Shown: positions 12,651 to 24,900, counted from the stretch's first letter. The stretch: 64,000 nt of DNA from Lineus longissimus (GCF_910592395.1 NC_088308.1:496001-560000); one strand, 5' to 3'. Notes: generated from the sequence alone by a model not told the origin. Numbers and translations are program-made.

Positions 12651-14009
12651 GGCCTACACTAGCATTGCATTATCGTTCCACATTGGATATCTCACGAAAC
12701 CAGCAAAATCATGAAATGAACGAATACCAGGACACTGCCACCGCACAATTCAATTTCAGTATAGGAACGCAAAAGTCATTTTTGATCACGACCAAAATAT
12801 CCTTGACCAACAAACGTCCAATTGACCCTATGCATTTCAAGGCAACAAATCTCACCAGAACGCAATAGCGTCTATTATACAGATCGTCTGTAATTAGCCT
12901 CGTTTTGTAGAAATGTACATGTAATTTTGAATACATAACATGAGATTGATGACGGGCTGGTTGCTCCCAGCTGTGTTGCATATAGAGTAAGCCAAAAAAG
13001 TATAGCTGTTGGAATGAGAAAATTTTTCTGCAACAGTTGGTTTTTCTTCTCTTCTGATTTGTAAGCGCAAGTACACAAAAACACTTTGTTCTGATATCAA
13101 ACTAAGCAAAGCCAAATATTCAATGTCGGTGTGAAGTTTTTGAGTGTTTCCGTTCTTGAGTGTTTTCCCTCATTCAATGTATAGTATGGGAACGCTGAAA
13201 ATAGATTGACACATTTGTCTCTGCTTTCCCCACCTGAAAAGTCATGATCCTCTCATAGCTGTGCTGAGATATGGGGAGCAAGCACAGACGTTACACCGGC
13301 GTTGACTATTTTTAACCAGTACTAACAAAGCTTAGTCACCGCAAGCGCAAGCCTCAGAGAGAGGGCTGCTCGCTAGCATTCAGGCTAACCCCTTAGGCCA
13401 AATGACCACCATTGGTTTGCTCCATCAAAATAAAACGTGACGTTTGTTTAAGCATTTTCCCTCGTCGAAAAACCACAACAAGATATCCGAACCTAATTGC
13501 TAAGAGGGTTCCTTGCACTCATTGACTCTTGTAACCCGTGCATCACCCGGGCAACGATGACGTTTGTTGATACAGGGTACATACTAAGATTTATAAACGT
13601 GTTACATCTCTCAACATAATAATCGATAACTTAGCAAGGGAATAGGATTAGACAAAACCCAGTTATTAGTGTTTCGTGAGAACACATACAATGCATACAT
13701 GTATACAAGCAAATGAAAGGTAACTACCCAAAAGCACCTTAAGCCACCTACAATATTTTACCGAAGTTCGTTGCAAAGATTGCACTTTGCTCCAACTTTT
13801 CCTATAAAGCTAAAGAAAAATGTCTGGCCGTACATGGTACCAAATAATTGATGCATTTATTACATTTAGTGAACAAACAAATTAGGTTATCGTTCAGCAA
13901 TTGCGTCAGCTTAACTCGATTACCACAGTATTTATGGAAGGTCATGACCAAACTTGCCATTCTCACGAACAAGCTTTCAGTGCTGGACGTGTGAGCTAGA
14001 AGTCGGACC

Positions 14010-16665
14010 ATGTTGCGCCACGGGTTGATCTGTGTCGTTTTCCTTCAACAGTTTATCGGTAAGTGCAATTTTCACTCATCTTGATAATCGTAGAATCAGA
14101 AGTCATCATAGATCATATTTTTGGCTGTAGTTATAATCTTTTTCTCTTCCATGAATTCTTCATCTGATGGGTGCCTGTCTGCTGATTGGTAGTCTCCGAT
14201 ACCACTGTGGACAAGCCACATAGCTTTCAATCTGAAGGCTATAATGGGACGGGACCAATCAACATTTAGATTATTTTGTCCACAATTCATGTCAGCTTGC
14301 GTAATTAAGTATATCTTCGGGCTGATATTTCCAGTGAACATACAAATACTTAGGCTGGATGCAGTCAGGGTGCTCTATGTCCGTGATGCAGTGGACTAGT
14401 CTGCTCTCTGCACATCACACAGCGTCATACTGTATAATGTCCCAAATCTAAACTCGTCGTCAACACGTAAACCGGGTTCAGATCGTTCTGTATCGTTTCT
14501 ATCCAAAACAACGTACCTGTCATCTTTAGATCATTCTAGATTAAGACGTAGCGGATTACACGTGTTCTCCGTGATCAAATTCAGTGCCCTCATTGGTTAG
14601 AAAGATCATTGTATAGCTTAAACTATTATTCACAGTAGGTATCAACCTCTATGATAAAATAAATGCACCAAATCCATATGTTCATGAATAGGACTGTTTA
14701 CATCGAATCCGTGACGATAATTTCTCAATCAATTAAAACTCTTTTCAGCTCTGGCTCTGTCTGAAGGATCATACCCCTATTACGCTCGCCTTTATAACGA
14801 CTTATTCCAAGACTATAACCCACGACTACTGCCAGCTAAGGATGCATCTGCTCCGGTCAACTCAACTATCGGAATGACCCTCATCAACCTGAAACTGGTA
14901 AGGTCTTCATTTTGTCATGGAATCGATGTCGATATTCAAATGGCTGTTAAGGCTGATGTGTTAATAAGTGATCACCTGTCTTATCAATAGCACGTCATGG
15001 TCTGGCTTTCACAGCATACCGCTCGTTTAAGTTAATGAACAACGTAGTATGGACATCGGGAGGTGACATATGAAATAAGCTTCGGAATCCTTTCAACGTG
15101 TCTAAAGCAAATTCACCAGTAATGCTGATGTGATGAATGAAATCAATGTTTACGCTCTATTCAATTTACAGGATACGTCTGCTGGGAGTTTGTACACTAA
15201 CGTTTGGCTTCAACAGGTAAGTCCTTGCCCATTGCATTGATGTAACTGTAAATTGATAAGTAGTCTGGACGTAAGAATGCCAATACCTTTCAATATGCCA
15301 TACAGAAATGTCTGGTTTCTGTGTATACAGTTTTCTATGTCATATGATATAGAGTCCAGAGTCCAGATGATTCTATTGCGTACTTTTATTCTCTGATGTA
15401 CTGAATGTTATGGGTCTCGGTAGAACCCTGCCTTTACCCGTCGACAAACACAGGGAATGTCATCTCTTACAGGGGGTACGCTACAGCAAGTCTTATTTAT
15501 TGTAGGATTGGCACGATTTTCGACTCCAATGGGACCCTGAAGGATATGACGGCATCACACAGATCACAGTACCTTATGATCAGGTGTGGCGTCCAGACAT
15601 GTCGCTCTTCAACAGGTAGGATATATCATCCAGTGATTGCTTTCCCTCTTTCCAATCTTTCTGCAAAAACCGTCCAGGACAGGTTCATCTGGTGAACATG
15701 ACTACTAAGAAACTCTGTACATGCAACTGCACAATATCTTCCTTTGTCAGTTTTTGCCGTCTGACGTTGAGCCCATCTACTATTTTTGTGGGGTTGTTCG
15801 GTGGAATGCTACAAAAGGCTGTATCGTTCCAATTGGTTCTTGCTTACAGATCAAACTGAACTACAGTGGTAAACCTGTTTTCAGGAGCCCTGTACAGAAG
15901 ACACAATGCTTGTACGTTGGTACCTTGACTATATCTGTACGACTACTTCTTAAGATCATAATTTGCTGAAATTATCCATAAAGCCTATTTCATCTTGCTC
16001 CCTTCCCTTTTTATTACTGAAAAAAAAAGATTACATCATTTTACAAGACTTTTGTTATTTTGTTCATTTTAGTGATAAGCCACAAGACATGAATCCACCC
16101 TCAGATGAAGGCAACGTGGTCGTGTTCAGCTCAGGCAATGTGTTGTTTGTCCGACACGTGGGTCTATCAAGCCTATGTATGCCTAATGACCAGGGACCAA
16201 ACGGCGAGCAGCACTGCGAAATGAAGATCGGATCCTGGGTCAACAGTGGCTACCGTGTACGTATTTTAGTGGTATACATACCTTTGCAAGTCAAGAGCAG
16301 TTTTGTTAGGTTTCAGGATCCCTGGCCCGTTTAAACATTATAAATCAGTGATGTACCATGTAACTTTCATTTGATGCTTTTTTAGAACCCGCAAACCGTT
16401 CGTCAGCGTACTTTTGTATTGACATGGTCTTATTGAATCTGGGCCTTCACACGTCTGATCGTGACTAGAAACCAACTTGATGAGTATAACATATTTTCAG
16501 TTGGATGTTTACAACTCGAACGACAAGATAGATCTGACGTCATATGCCGGGAATCCAGACTGGACGATAACGAAAACATTGGCCAAAAGACACGTACGGC
16601 ACTACAGCTGCTGCCCGGAACCTTACGTCGACATTACCTTCAGTATCTGGTTCAAGGAAAAGTAG
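14010..16665 (+). CDS. Soluble acetylcholine-binding protein (AChBP)-like protein: nicotinic receptor extracellular domain only, 233-aa precursor
   Basis: Exons: 14010-14058 (MLRHGLICVVFLQQFI), 14749-14897 (ALALSEG...ARLYNDLFQDYNPRLLP...), 15172-15216 (45 nt, ...NVWLQQ), 15506-15615 (110 nt, DWHDFRLQWDPEGYDGI...VWRPDMSLFN), 16073-16256 (...CMPNDQGPNGEQHCEMKIGSWVNSGYR), 16501-16665 (...HYSCCPEPYVDITFSIWFKEK*). All introns are GT-AG and in frame. The 45- and 110-nt exons match the typical nAChR gene layout, loop C carries vicinal cysteines, and the stop falls just before where M1 would begin. Confidence 0.9.
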
Positions 16666-17391
16666 GAACCATCTCTCATTGTAACAACAACGCCTGCGGA
16701 AGAGTTGTCATGGTTGGTTTATCTACAGGACGCACGGGACTATAGTGCACTTGCGCATTATGTTAAGCGCAAAGCCATGCATTAACAGATCTACGGTTAT
16801 TTTGATGCAGATTATCGAACGTTAATCATCCACGTTGGTCATTTAATTACCCACAGTCTCCAACGCAAGAAACACCCTCTCTCACACGGTTTCTAGAGAA
16901 TTTCCAAGAACTCTACGCACAAACAAAGCTGGTTAAGTACCACAGCGCCAACTAGGGAAAGGTAATACATGTACATCAATTCTTGACTAGCCTCAATTAG
17001 CTTCGTATCGACTTGTGTGTTCGGCTTACGCATCGATTCATGGCCTTTGCATGATGCCATACATAGATAAATCACATCAACGCTGATGTCACAGTGACCA
17101 ATCTTCAAGTAACAATAGTGGTGCCACCTGATTTTGCCATCTTTTTCTAGCTGCAGAAATTGTCGTGGAGATAATCAAAACCATTACTGTACTTTGAATA
17201 CAGATAAAATATTCTGTCTACTGTGCTCCATCATCTAAATCTTCCAAATTCGCGACAACGTCATATATTATGTACCTGCAACATAATCCATAGATCAGAG
17301 CATTTGAAGTGCATGTAACCGTTTATAAGACAGTTGTAACCACTCGTCTGTAGATCCTAATAGAGAACAGTAAAGCTCAACAAAATCGCTT

Positions 17392-17491
17392 TTGCGTGTT
17401 TTAGTACTCTGCAAACCCTTTAGATGGTTGTGCAGTCAATCTTGCGTGTTTTAGTACTCTGCAAACCCTATAGATGGTTGTGCAAGCAATC
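17392..17491. repeat. 50-bp tandem duplication (2 copies)
   Basis: ttgcgtgttttagtactctgcaaaccct(t/a)tagatggttgtgca(gt/ag)caatc occurs twice in tandem. Confidence 0.9.
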
Positions 17492-17988
17492 TGGAAGCAA
17501 GACCACCAGTCAATCGTGAAAATATTCTCTAACAGTGGAGTAAACAGAAGGGATGATGCGTGGAAAAGGAGAAAGCATTTCGGTATTGGTCAACAGTGGA
17601 ATTTACTGCAGTTACTTCGCATCAATGTCAATGCGAAAGCATACAGCAGAATACATGAGGAAGTGATGACACAAACAAGAACGTTGGAAAGATTTTATAT
17701 TCACCCGACATAGTTAGTATCCGTCCATCTGGGTTTTTTTAGCGAGTGTATTTCAGAATATCTATGAGAAGGACAAAAACATACGAACACCAGTACACTC
17801 TCACACCAGGGAAGCATAACACATATGATTTGAGCACTGTGCCAAAGACATCGACCGTGATACATAATGTAAAGATTTACCCTTATACTTGGTGAAAATA
17901 CATTGGCGATGAAAACTGTATAGAAAGTCAAAATCCAATGCAATTACTTATAATGCATTTTCCTTATATTCTCTGTGTGATCTGATGT

Positions 17989-19845
17989 TCAGATTCTATT
18001 TTCCACTCCCGGGTTCTTCCGTCTCAGCCTCTCTTTGCGATTCTTTAACATGAGGGAAACAGCATCATAAACAACTTCCACGAATTCAATTATAGTGATG
18101 AATGTAATTCCCAACCAGAAACTCATGATTCCACCAATCCTACTCACCAGTGTCGGCACGTCGATCTCAGGTACATCTACAACGTAATCAATCTCAAACG
18201 AAGGCCTGCTAACGGTCAGAGAAACAAAATTCCGCTGAAAAACGTGTCTCTTCAACAACCAGTCCGTCACCATAGACTTCGACATCTCAAGTTGGGTTTC
18301 ATTGACATTTGAATCAGCATGTTTTAATTTCTTGATAGCTTCATCTAAATGTGGAAAACTGACGTTCCGATTTTTCTGCGCAGTTTCGTACAGCTGCAAA
18401 TGGAATGACTCGTGTGGCCATTTTGCCATGTCGATTGTCGTACTGTATATGTAATATGTGCAGCGGGTTGAGCACTGGTAACTCCCAGGGGGGTTCATGT
18501 TGAAGTCGTACATGCACGCGAGCCTGTGAGAGATGACACTTTTGCTGAAGCCAATATCCATGCAATACGGAAGTGACACGGAGGTGACAGGATCCGTGAT
18601 CTTACCTGGGTCAATACAGTGACAATACGTGTTTATTTTCCGCTGTATTGCCTGTTGCTCACACGTGGTCTTCCGATATTCGAAGCGCTTGCCGTCCATG
18701 TCTTTGATGGGCTCAACGTTGTGAGCACAACTGCCGTATGGCGGCGCCAGATGTTTGAGTTTCGTCGTCTTGATAACGAAATTTGCTGACACCCCAGGTG
18801 GAACATCATGGCCATCACGCTGGACATCTGGGTAACTATAAGGTTCGTGTATGACAACCCTCACACCATGTTTTTGCGAATCCTCATCTCGTGTGTAGTG
18901 TTTTGGGTACTGTAAGGACACGTCATCATCAAGAAACAGATTAACTACCAGCTCTACAACTATCCCCTTGTGATCTCCCAAAGATATTGTATAGCAACTG
19001 AAAAATTGTGGATAGTAAAACGCCTCAATTGTACAGTTTACAGTTTGTAAGCGCTTTTCCTTGACAGTTTGTACAGTATAAGTGCACTGGTCTATCATTG
19101 TTTTTTGATGACCAAGCTTCCGTCGTTGATAAAGTGGGATATTTTGGTAAAGTCCAGCAGTTGTCATCAGCATATTTCGCATTGTTTCATCATCAACTAA
19201 GTGGTTTGATTCACCCCTGGGCATGTGTTTCGGTGAACGCCTCCTCCTTCGTAACTCTGCGTTTGGCTCGCTATCTTCATCATCATAGTAATGTTCATTG
19301 TCCCGCGTCCAGTGGACGGCACCAGTTTGGTACTGAAACTCCGACTCCATATAGTCCGAGAGCGATTGGTTTAAAACACGATGCGCCACATTAAAGAAGT
19401 AATCATTAATTAGCATAGCTGCATTATCAACTTTGTCTTTCATCACTGATTTCTTACTCCTGAACGGTTGAAGGCTGCATACAGTGATATCGGGAAATGT
19501 TGCACTCCGCGAGAGTTTTATATGACGCTCCTGCTTAACAGTATAACTCAGGTACCCATCCACGATTTGATACACTTGGAAAAAGGATAGTACCAGAAAC
19601 GCCAACACCGTCGTGGCCCAAAGGATGGTGAGATATTTGTTCCTTGCTCGGAGTATCCTTGGTATACCTCTTATTGTGCTCATTAACCCAAACTTGATGA
19701 ATATCCCCCTGGTGGTCGTTGGTGCCTCAGAAACATCGTATGATGGCCACGGGGCCAACTTTTGTCTCTCACTTGAAACAGTATTTCTTTTCATAGCGGA
19801 AGATGGCTTACGATCCATTCTCGGATGTGTCTTGGCGAACGTCAT
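17989..19845 (-). CDS. DEG/ENaC (amiloride-sensitive sodium channel family) subunit, FaNaC-related, single coding exon, 618 aa
   Basis: Uninterrupted ORF with TM1 (ILWATTVLAFLVLSFFQVYQIV), post-M1 FPDITVC, palm motif HGVRVVIHEPYSYPD...VPPG, LAPPYGSC, a Cys-rich thumb, KWP, and TM2 (SRIGGIMSFWLGITFITIIEFVE). Confidence 0.95.
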   Translation of the reverse strand: MTFAKTHPRMDRKPSSAMKRNTVSSERQKLAPWPSYDVSEAPTTTRGIFIKFGLMSTIRGIPRILRARNKYLTILWATTVLAFLVLSFFQVYQIVDGYLSYTVKQERHIKLSRSATFPDITVCSLQPFRSKKSVMKDKVDNAAMLINDYFFNVAHRVLNQSLSDYMESEFQYQTGAVHWTRDNEHYYDDEDSEPNAELRRRRRSPKHMPRGESNHLVDDETMRNMLMTTAGLYQNIPLYQRRKLGHQKTMIDQCTYTVQTVKEKRLQTVNCTIEAFYYPQFFSCYTISLGDHKGIVVELVVNLFLDDDVSLQYPKHYTRDEDSQKHGVRVVIHEPYSYPDVQRDGHDVPPGVSANFVIKTTKLKHLAPPYGSCAHNVEPIKDMDGKRFEYRKTTCEQQAIQRKINTYCHCIDPGKITDPVTSVSLPYCMDIGFSKSVISHRLACMYDFNMNPPGSYQCSTRCTYYIYSTTIDMAKWPHESFHLQLYETAQKNRNVSFPHLDEAIKKLKHADSNVNETQLEMSKSMVTDWLLKRHVFQRNFVSLTVSRPSFEIDYVVDVPEIDVPTLVSRIGGIMSFWLGITFITIIEFVEVVYDAVSLMLKNRKERLRRKNPGVENRI

Positions 19846-21216
19846 ATGCCTCCTTCCCGGCCGAATCCCATAGTTTTAATCATTACCGGTACGTGAGGTA
19901 TCCACTGCATTATATGTCGAACAGTATCCAGAAACCGGTGAACTGGTTATGAATGTCATCTAATTGATTCGTTCGAATCCTGCCACGGACGTTGCATTAC
20001 ATATCCGCCTTGGACATAATAATCAAGCCGGTTCGTCAGCATAGCTTACTTGATCAAAATGTTTATCTATTACGATCTCATCCTTGAGAATTTCCCACAC
20101 CTCGTAGTCAATATCACAGTCCTTTACCTTCTTTGCCAGAGGGACAACATGCCTTTGGTACCGTACCCTACCGTGATGGCTACAACAATGGCAATGAATC
20201 CATGGCAAGGACAAAAAGAGGGTGCACCGTGTGATGACTTTTGTAATTCGACTAGATACTTTGGTTCCAAGTGAATGCTGTTGTTTTGGCGAAAATACTT
20301 AATTGATTCCATACTATTTCATGGCCAATGTATTATCCAATAGTGCAAATTATTTATTCCTTGCCTATGGAACGTGCTGTTGCCGAACAACTAGTTGAGA
20401 AGCACATGCCGATGAGAATAAAACAACATCAGGCAAAACATTAATAACACTGACAGAAATAATTGCTCCAATTTGTTGAGTGCCTGTGTATAAAATATCA
20501 TTAGTAAAACAGAATTTCAACCAATTGCTTTGGACGCAGTATTCTTTTCACCAAGCGACCTTTCACCTCTGATTAGACAAATGTAATGTACGGTATCGTG
20601 ACCTCACTTCTAAAACTTTCAAAGCAGCTAATACCAAGTAGTGGAATATGCTTTACACTCATCTCAAAATTGCAAAAGGTGTTCGCGCAGGGGCCCGTGT
20701 GAAAGGTTTTTTTGAAAAATGATTTCAATGTTAGCACTACTGCCTTTAAATGAGCTCATCTCGAAGCTGATGTAGAATTTATAAAAGATCGGGTTCAGTT
20801 GCTACATAGCTGCTCCATTTCAGACGCGGGATCACCCCTGTGGGAGTTAGATCTAAAAGCGCATCCGTAATGGCCAGTTTAGGGTAAATAAAAAGATGAG
20901 GTCAGCGGCTGAAAATATCGAATTCGTTTACATATTGTAGACTGCACCGTATCATGAAATCTCATGATCATTCAACACTATGCAGGCTATTTAAATCCCA
21001 ATGAAAGCATAATTTTGAGAATCAGACGTTGCTCAATTCTAATATCAATTCCCTCGTGTCAGTTCATAGACATACTTCTCCATGCTCCAGGCATTTCAAT
21101 TTTCATTAGCTTAGCCAACAGTTGGTAACCACGCAACATCACATGTCCGTGGAATGAACACATACCATTCAAATGTTTACGATGAAGCAATAACAACAGT
21201 TCATAGTAAGGATAAC

Positions 21217-21590
21217 GTTCTAAGCACGCCCGAGTTGTTCCGAGGAGGGTAAGAAGGGTTCTTTGTACTCGCTACCGCAGACCACAGGAAAGCAGGGAGG
21301 TTCACTCAATACCTCCATCCCGAGGCCTGGCAGCGGTTCTTAGCACTCGCTTCCTCAAACCTCAAGAAAATATGGATTCTTTTCACTTGGTACCTCAATC
21401 CTGAGGAAATCAGGGATACTTAGCATTCGCTTCCTCTATCCTGAAACTGAAAAGCAAGTATTTTCAGTACTCGCTATTTCAATCACGAGGGAATCAGTGG
21501 TTCTTGGCACTCCATACCTCCATCCAGAAAAGCAGATAACTTAGCACACGCTTCTTCCGTTCTGAGAAAAGCTTGGATTCTTAGCGCAAC
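21217..21590. repeat. Degenerate minisatellite, about 40-bp unit, about 9-10 copies
   Basis: Recurring unit approximately gttcttagcactcgcttcctcaatcctgaggaaa-caggg, e.g. near 21336, 21377, 21417, 21500 and 21577. Confidence 0.7.
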
Positions 21591-21659
21591 TCTGCCTCGT
21601 AAAAATTGAATGAGTGTCACATCTACAGTTATGGTTCTCCAGGGGCAAACTCAATTATG

Positions 21660-21960
21660 GTGAATTAGCGACTACCGAGCTATAACAGTCAGGCATGATC
21701 TTCACCATTACGTGCGTTGCCTCCATGTTTCAGAAGAGACTCATAAAACTGATTTCACTAAAACACAGTCATGGCCCAAACCTTAAAAGATGGTATAAAG
21801 AACACAAACGATTTCAGGCATCCCTCCTGATTCTGTTCCCTGCGCACATTCGTCTGCACTCCATATTATACCACCTATTCCTCCTACCTAATACGCTACT
21901 TGCCAAGACTTATGGTATGACATTCCTTCCAATCATCACTAAATGATTTACCGAGATAGA
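21660..21960 (+). mobile_element. Possible highly decayed 3' end of a CR1/L2-type LINE
   Basis: Fragments across frames (W-PNLKRWYKEHKRF; YHLFL..P...DLWYDIP) loosely recall the W-xL-xxRR and FFPRT-xxxWNxLP C-terminal motifs of CR1/L2 ORF2. Multiple frameshifts are needed. Confidence 0.25.
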
Positions 21961-24900
21961 ACTGGTCGGTGCTCGTAAGTCAACTCCGAGTTCCACCGAC
22001 TCGATGATACAACGACATGAAATATCAAAACATGGGATGGCGTCATATAGTGGGATAGTAATGACAGAGCAGACGGCTTCGTTGGTCCTGTGCAAGCACC
22101 TTAGACAATGAGGATCGGAAAGATCTCAAAATCATCCCAACAATGAGTTCTAATATTAACCTGGGGGTAAGTTGGTCAATTGGAGCTGAACGACGTTCCA
22201 CGTCTGATTATCTTCAAACGTCAATTTACACCGACCAACTTCTTTACTGCCGATTATACATACAATCGTTTTTATGTGTAACTTCTACTGTATTCATCTA
22301 TTTTAATATACTTTATGATATAAACTGCCATATGGCTTTTATCAACATGCCCAGAGGAGGTAATCATCCCATATACACTCGATTATCAGTACATAATGTC
22401 GGCGAGTCACTTCCATTACGAGGAGCGACAACCTGGCTCACTACGGCAACACTGGAGATGCATGAGAAATGCATCAAAGCAAGGAAGCCACATGTATATA
22501 CCAAATACAGGCTGAGGCACCTCACACCAGACATGATTGCAAGTCCTGTTTAATACCACCGGTTTTGACAAGCAAGAACAACCCACCAACCAAGTCGTGG
22601 TTGATATTTCACGCTTATGTAGTACTATTTTGCACCTCTTCCAGAAAAAAATATTGTTAACAATATTTTTATAGGACCGGCACACAATGCATGATAATTA
22701 GGAATAATTTCGGTGCACTCGAATGATCGCGATGCGTTAATTAGTTGAATCGAAAGTGGAAAACAGGCCTTCGCGAGCCAGGCGAAATAATGGACTCATC
22801 AAGTATTTGATGAGCACAAGTCATTGCAATGTTTACTATACCGCGCAGAAATACATATTAGTATTTTGGCAGCAAGCAAACCGCGATAGTACATGATTGT
22901 GTTATTTCTGCTTGTATACGATAGAAATTGCGTTGTTATTCGGCTGATAGTCAATTTGATACTAGAAATCGGAACTTGGGTCACTCAGAACAGATACCAG
23001 GTCTGATCAGAGACCTCAGTTCATTCATAGTGGTAACAAATGATGTAGACCACATGATGATTCCCTTGCACCGGACAATAGCTCAAAGTTTTTCATTTTT
23101 AACGCAAGAAATCACCTATACCGATTGTCCGATGATCATTATTTCCAAAGACACAACATTCAGTGGCGTTTAGATGAAAGAACGCGGACGATGATTCATG
23201 ATTATTTCCCCATCTCCCAACATTGATAGATCATTCTCTTAATCTACGCTTCCTTTTACCCTTTATCCTCCAAGCGTAAAATCATGAAAGGAGATTAATG
23301 ATGTCGGTGTAGTTATTTGATTACGTTGAAAGATTGTCGAAAGATTGTCGTTGAAGCAGACCTTCACAAAACTAGTATACTTGATTACACAAACCGTCCA
23401 AGAACAATATCAATATGGTTCTTCCCATTTCCGCCATATTTAAGCCATCAGGCGTCTCTATCGGAGCCAAGAACTGCTTCAAGTGAAAGCAAGATAGGAG
23501 AATGGAACTGTAATGGCCATTTGGCGCAAGATAAGAGTATGACGTGCAAAGATCATTGGCAATCTCCCTAAGACCAATAGATTCTGTGGTAGCCCATCAG
23601 AGAATCCATGTTGGAAGAGCTGATGTAAACGTGGTTTGTCATATTCATCATAGATTCTGCAATGGTCCACCATAGAGCATGTGACGACAGCTTTTGCCTG
23701 TACATAGAGAATAAAAACTGCTTATAAGGCGGAAGGGTTTAGTTGATGTCATTTATGATTCAGTAACGCCAGAGTCTTTTTCTGAAAGACGCTGGTGACG
23801 CTAAGACTGAATCTGCCATTCCCCTGTGTTTATTTCATCCAATTTATCAGCAGTAGACTAGCTACCAGCCAGTCGACAGGGAAAATATTTGGCGAACGGG
23901 TTAAAGTACGGCTGCATCATCGATGGATATTGCGTGTTCGCCTGATCCCGGTGGATCACATTTCGGAGTCTGGCACGGGCTTCGGATCGGTGTACAAGAC
24001 GAGAAGGCAAATATGCAAAGCGTTCGTATTGGCGTCAATTACGTTGATGAAGTGGGTTTATGGTTGCAACGCCTCTATCAGTGATTTGCCGCTATCGATC
24101 CGTGGACTGCAATTGAAGATAAGTGTTGATTAGCGCTCGCAAGAAAACTGTGTACATGTGATCAAGGACTGTCAGAGGAGCATAGTACCATTCCCACACA
24201 GCGGCTGATGAAGACTACATTATTGTCACAACTGAACGAATATGGAAGACTTTAAACCTTTAGTAGCTGTGAACGTCAAATTCGCCAATGTTTTCAAATC
24301 TACAGATAGAGGATTTCCTTGTTTATGAGACTGTTTAACATGTCGTTTCACGACTATGATTTATTTCCCATCTAGCTTGCCCCAAGAGGCCTTTCTCATA
24401 CTTCCAGACGCAAGGATTCCTTCTCGATATATCACAATAACCGTATTCGTCTGGTACATGATACACAGACAAACGCTGGATTAGAGCTTCTCTTAGACAA
24501 TAGGTGAGTGCATGCGTGGTTATGCTTTGTTATCATCGAGATCTCATCAAGAAGATGCCGTTACTAATGAATGATTCCAATAAGGAATGAAACATGGACG
24601 CCATTTGCTAAGGTTAAGAGTGATTATTTGTATTCAAGGATATCCCAAGAGATCTGGAGGAGATGACGATGTGGAATCCACGTAAAGGCAAGGTACACTG
24701 AGGTAATATTTTTTGGTCATGTGGGGGGCAAGGTAGATTGCTTATCTTTGGTATCCTTCCTACGCTAAAGCCCTGTCAACAGCAATAGTCCAAGATCTAC
24801 AGTGAGTTGTGAAATGATTGCCTTTTCACTCTGATTGGTCGATCTTCAGACATATCGACATCTGGTATACTGTTATAACTAGTGAATATTTTACTCACGA

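Noticed and set aside
14010..17988. Full-length nicotinic receptor alpha subunit
   Set aside because: There is an in-frame stop right after the last beta strand, I found no M1-M4 coding exons anywhere downstream in the window, the Cys-loop lacks the membrane-coupling motif, and a convergent gene ends 1.3 kb away.
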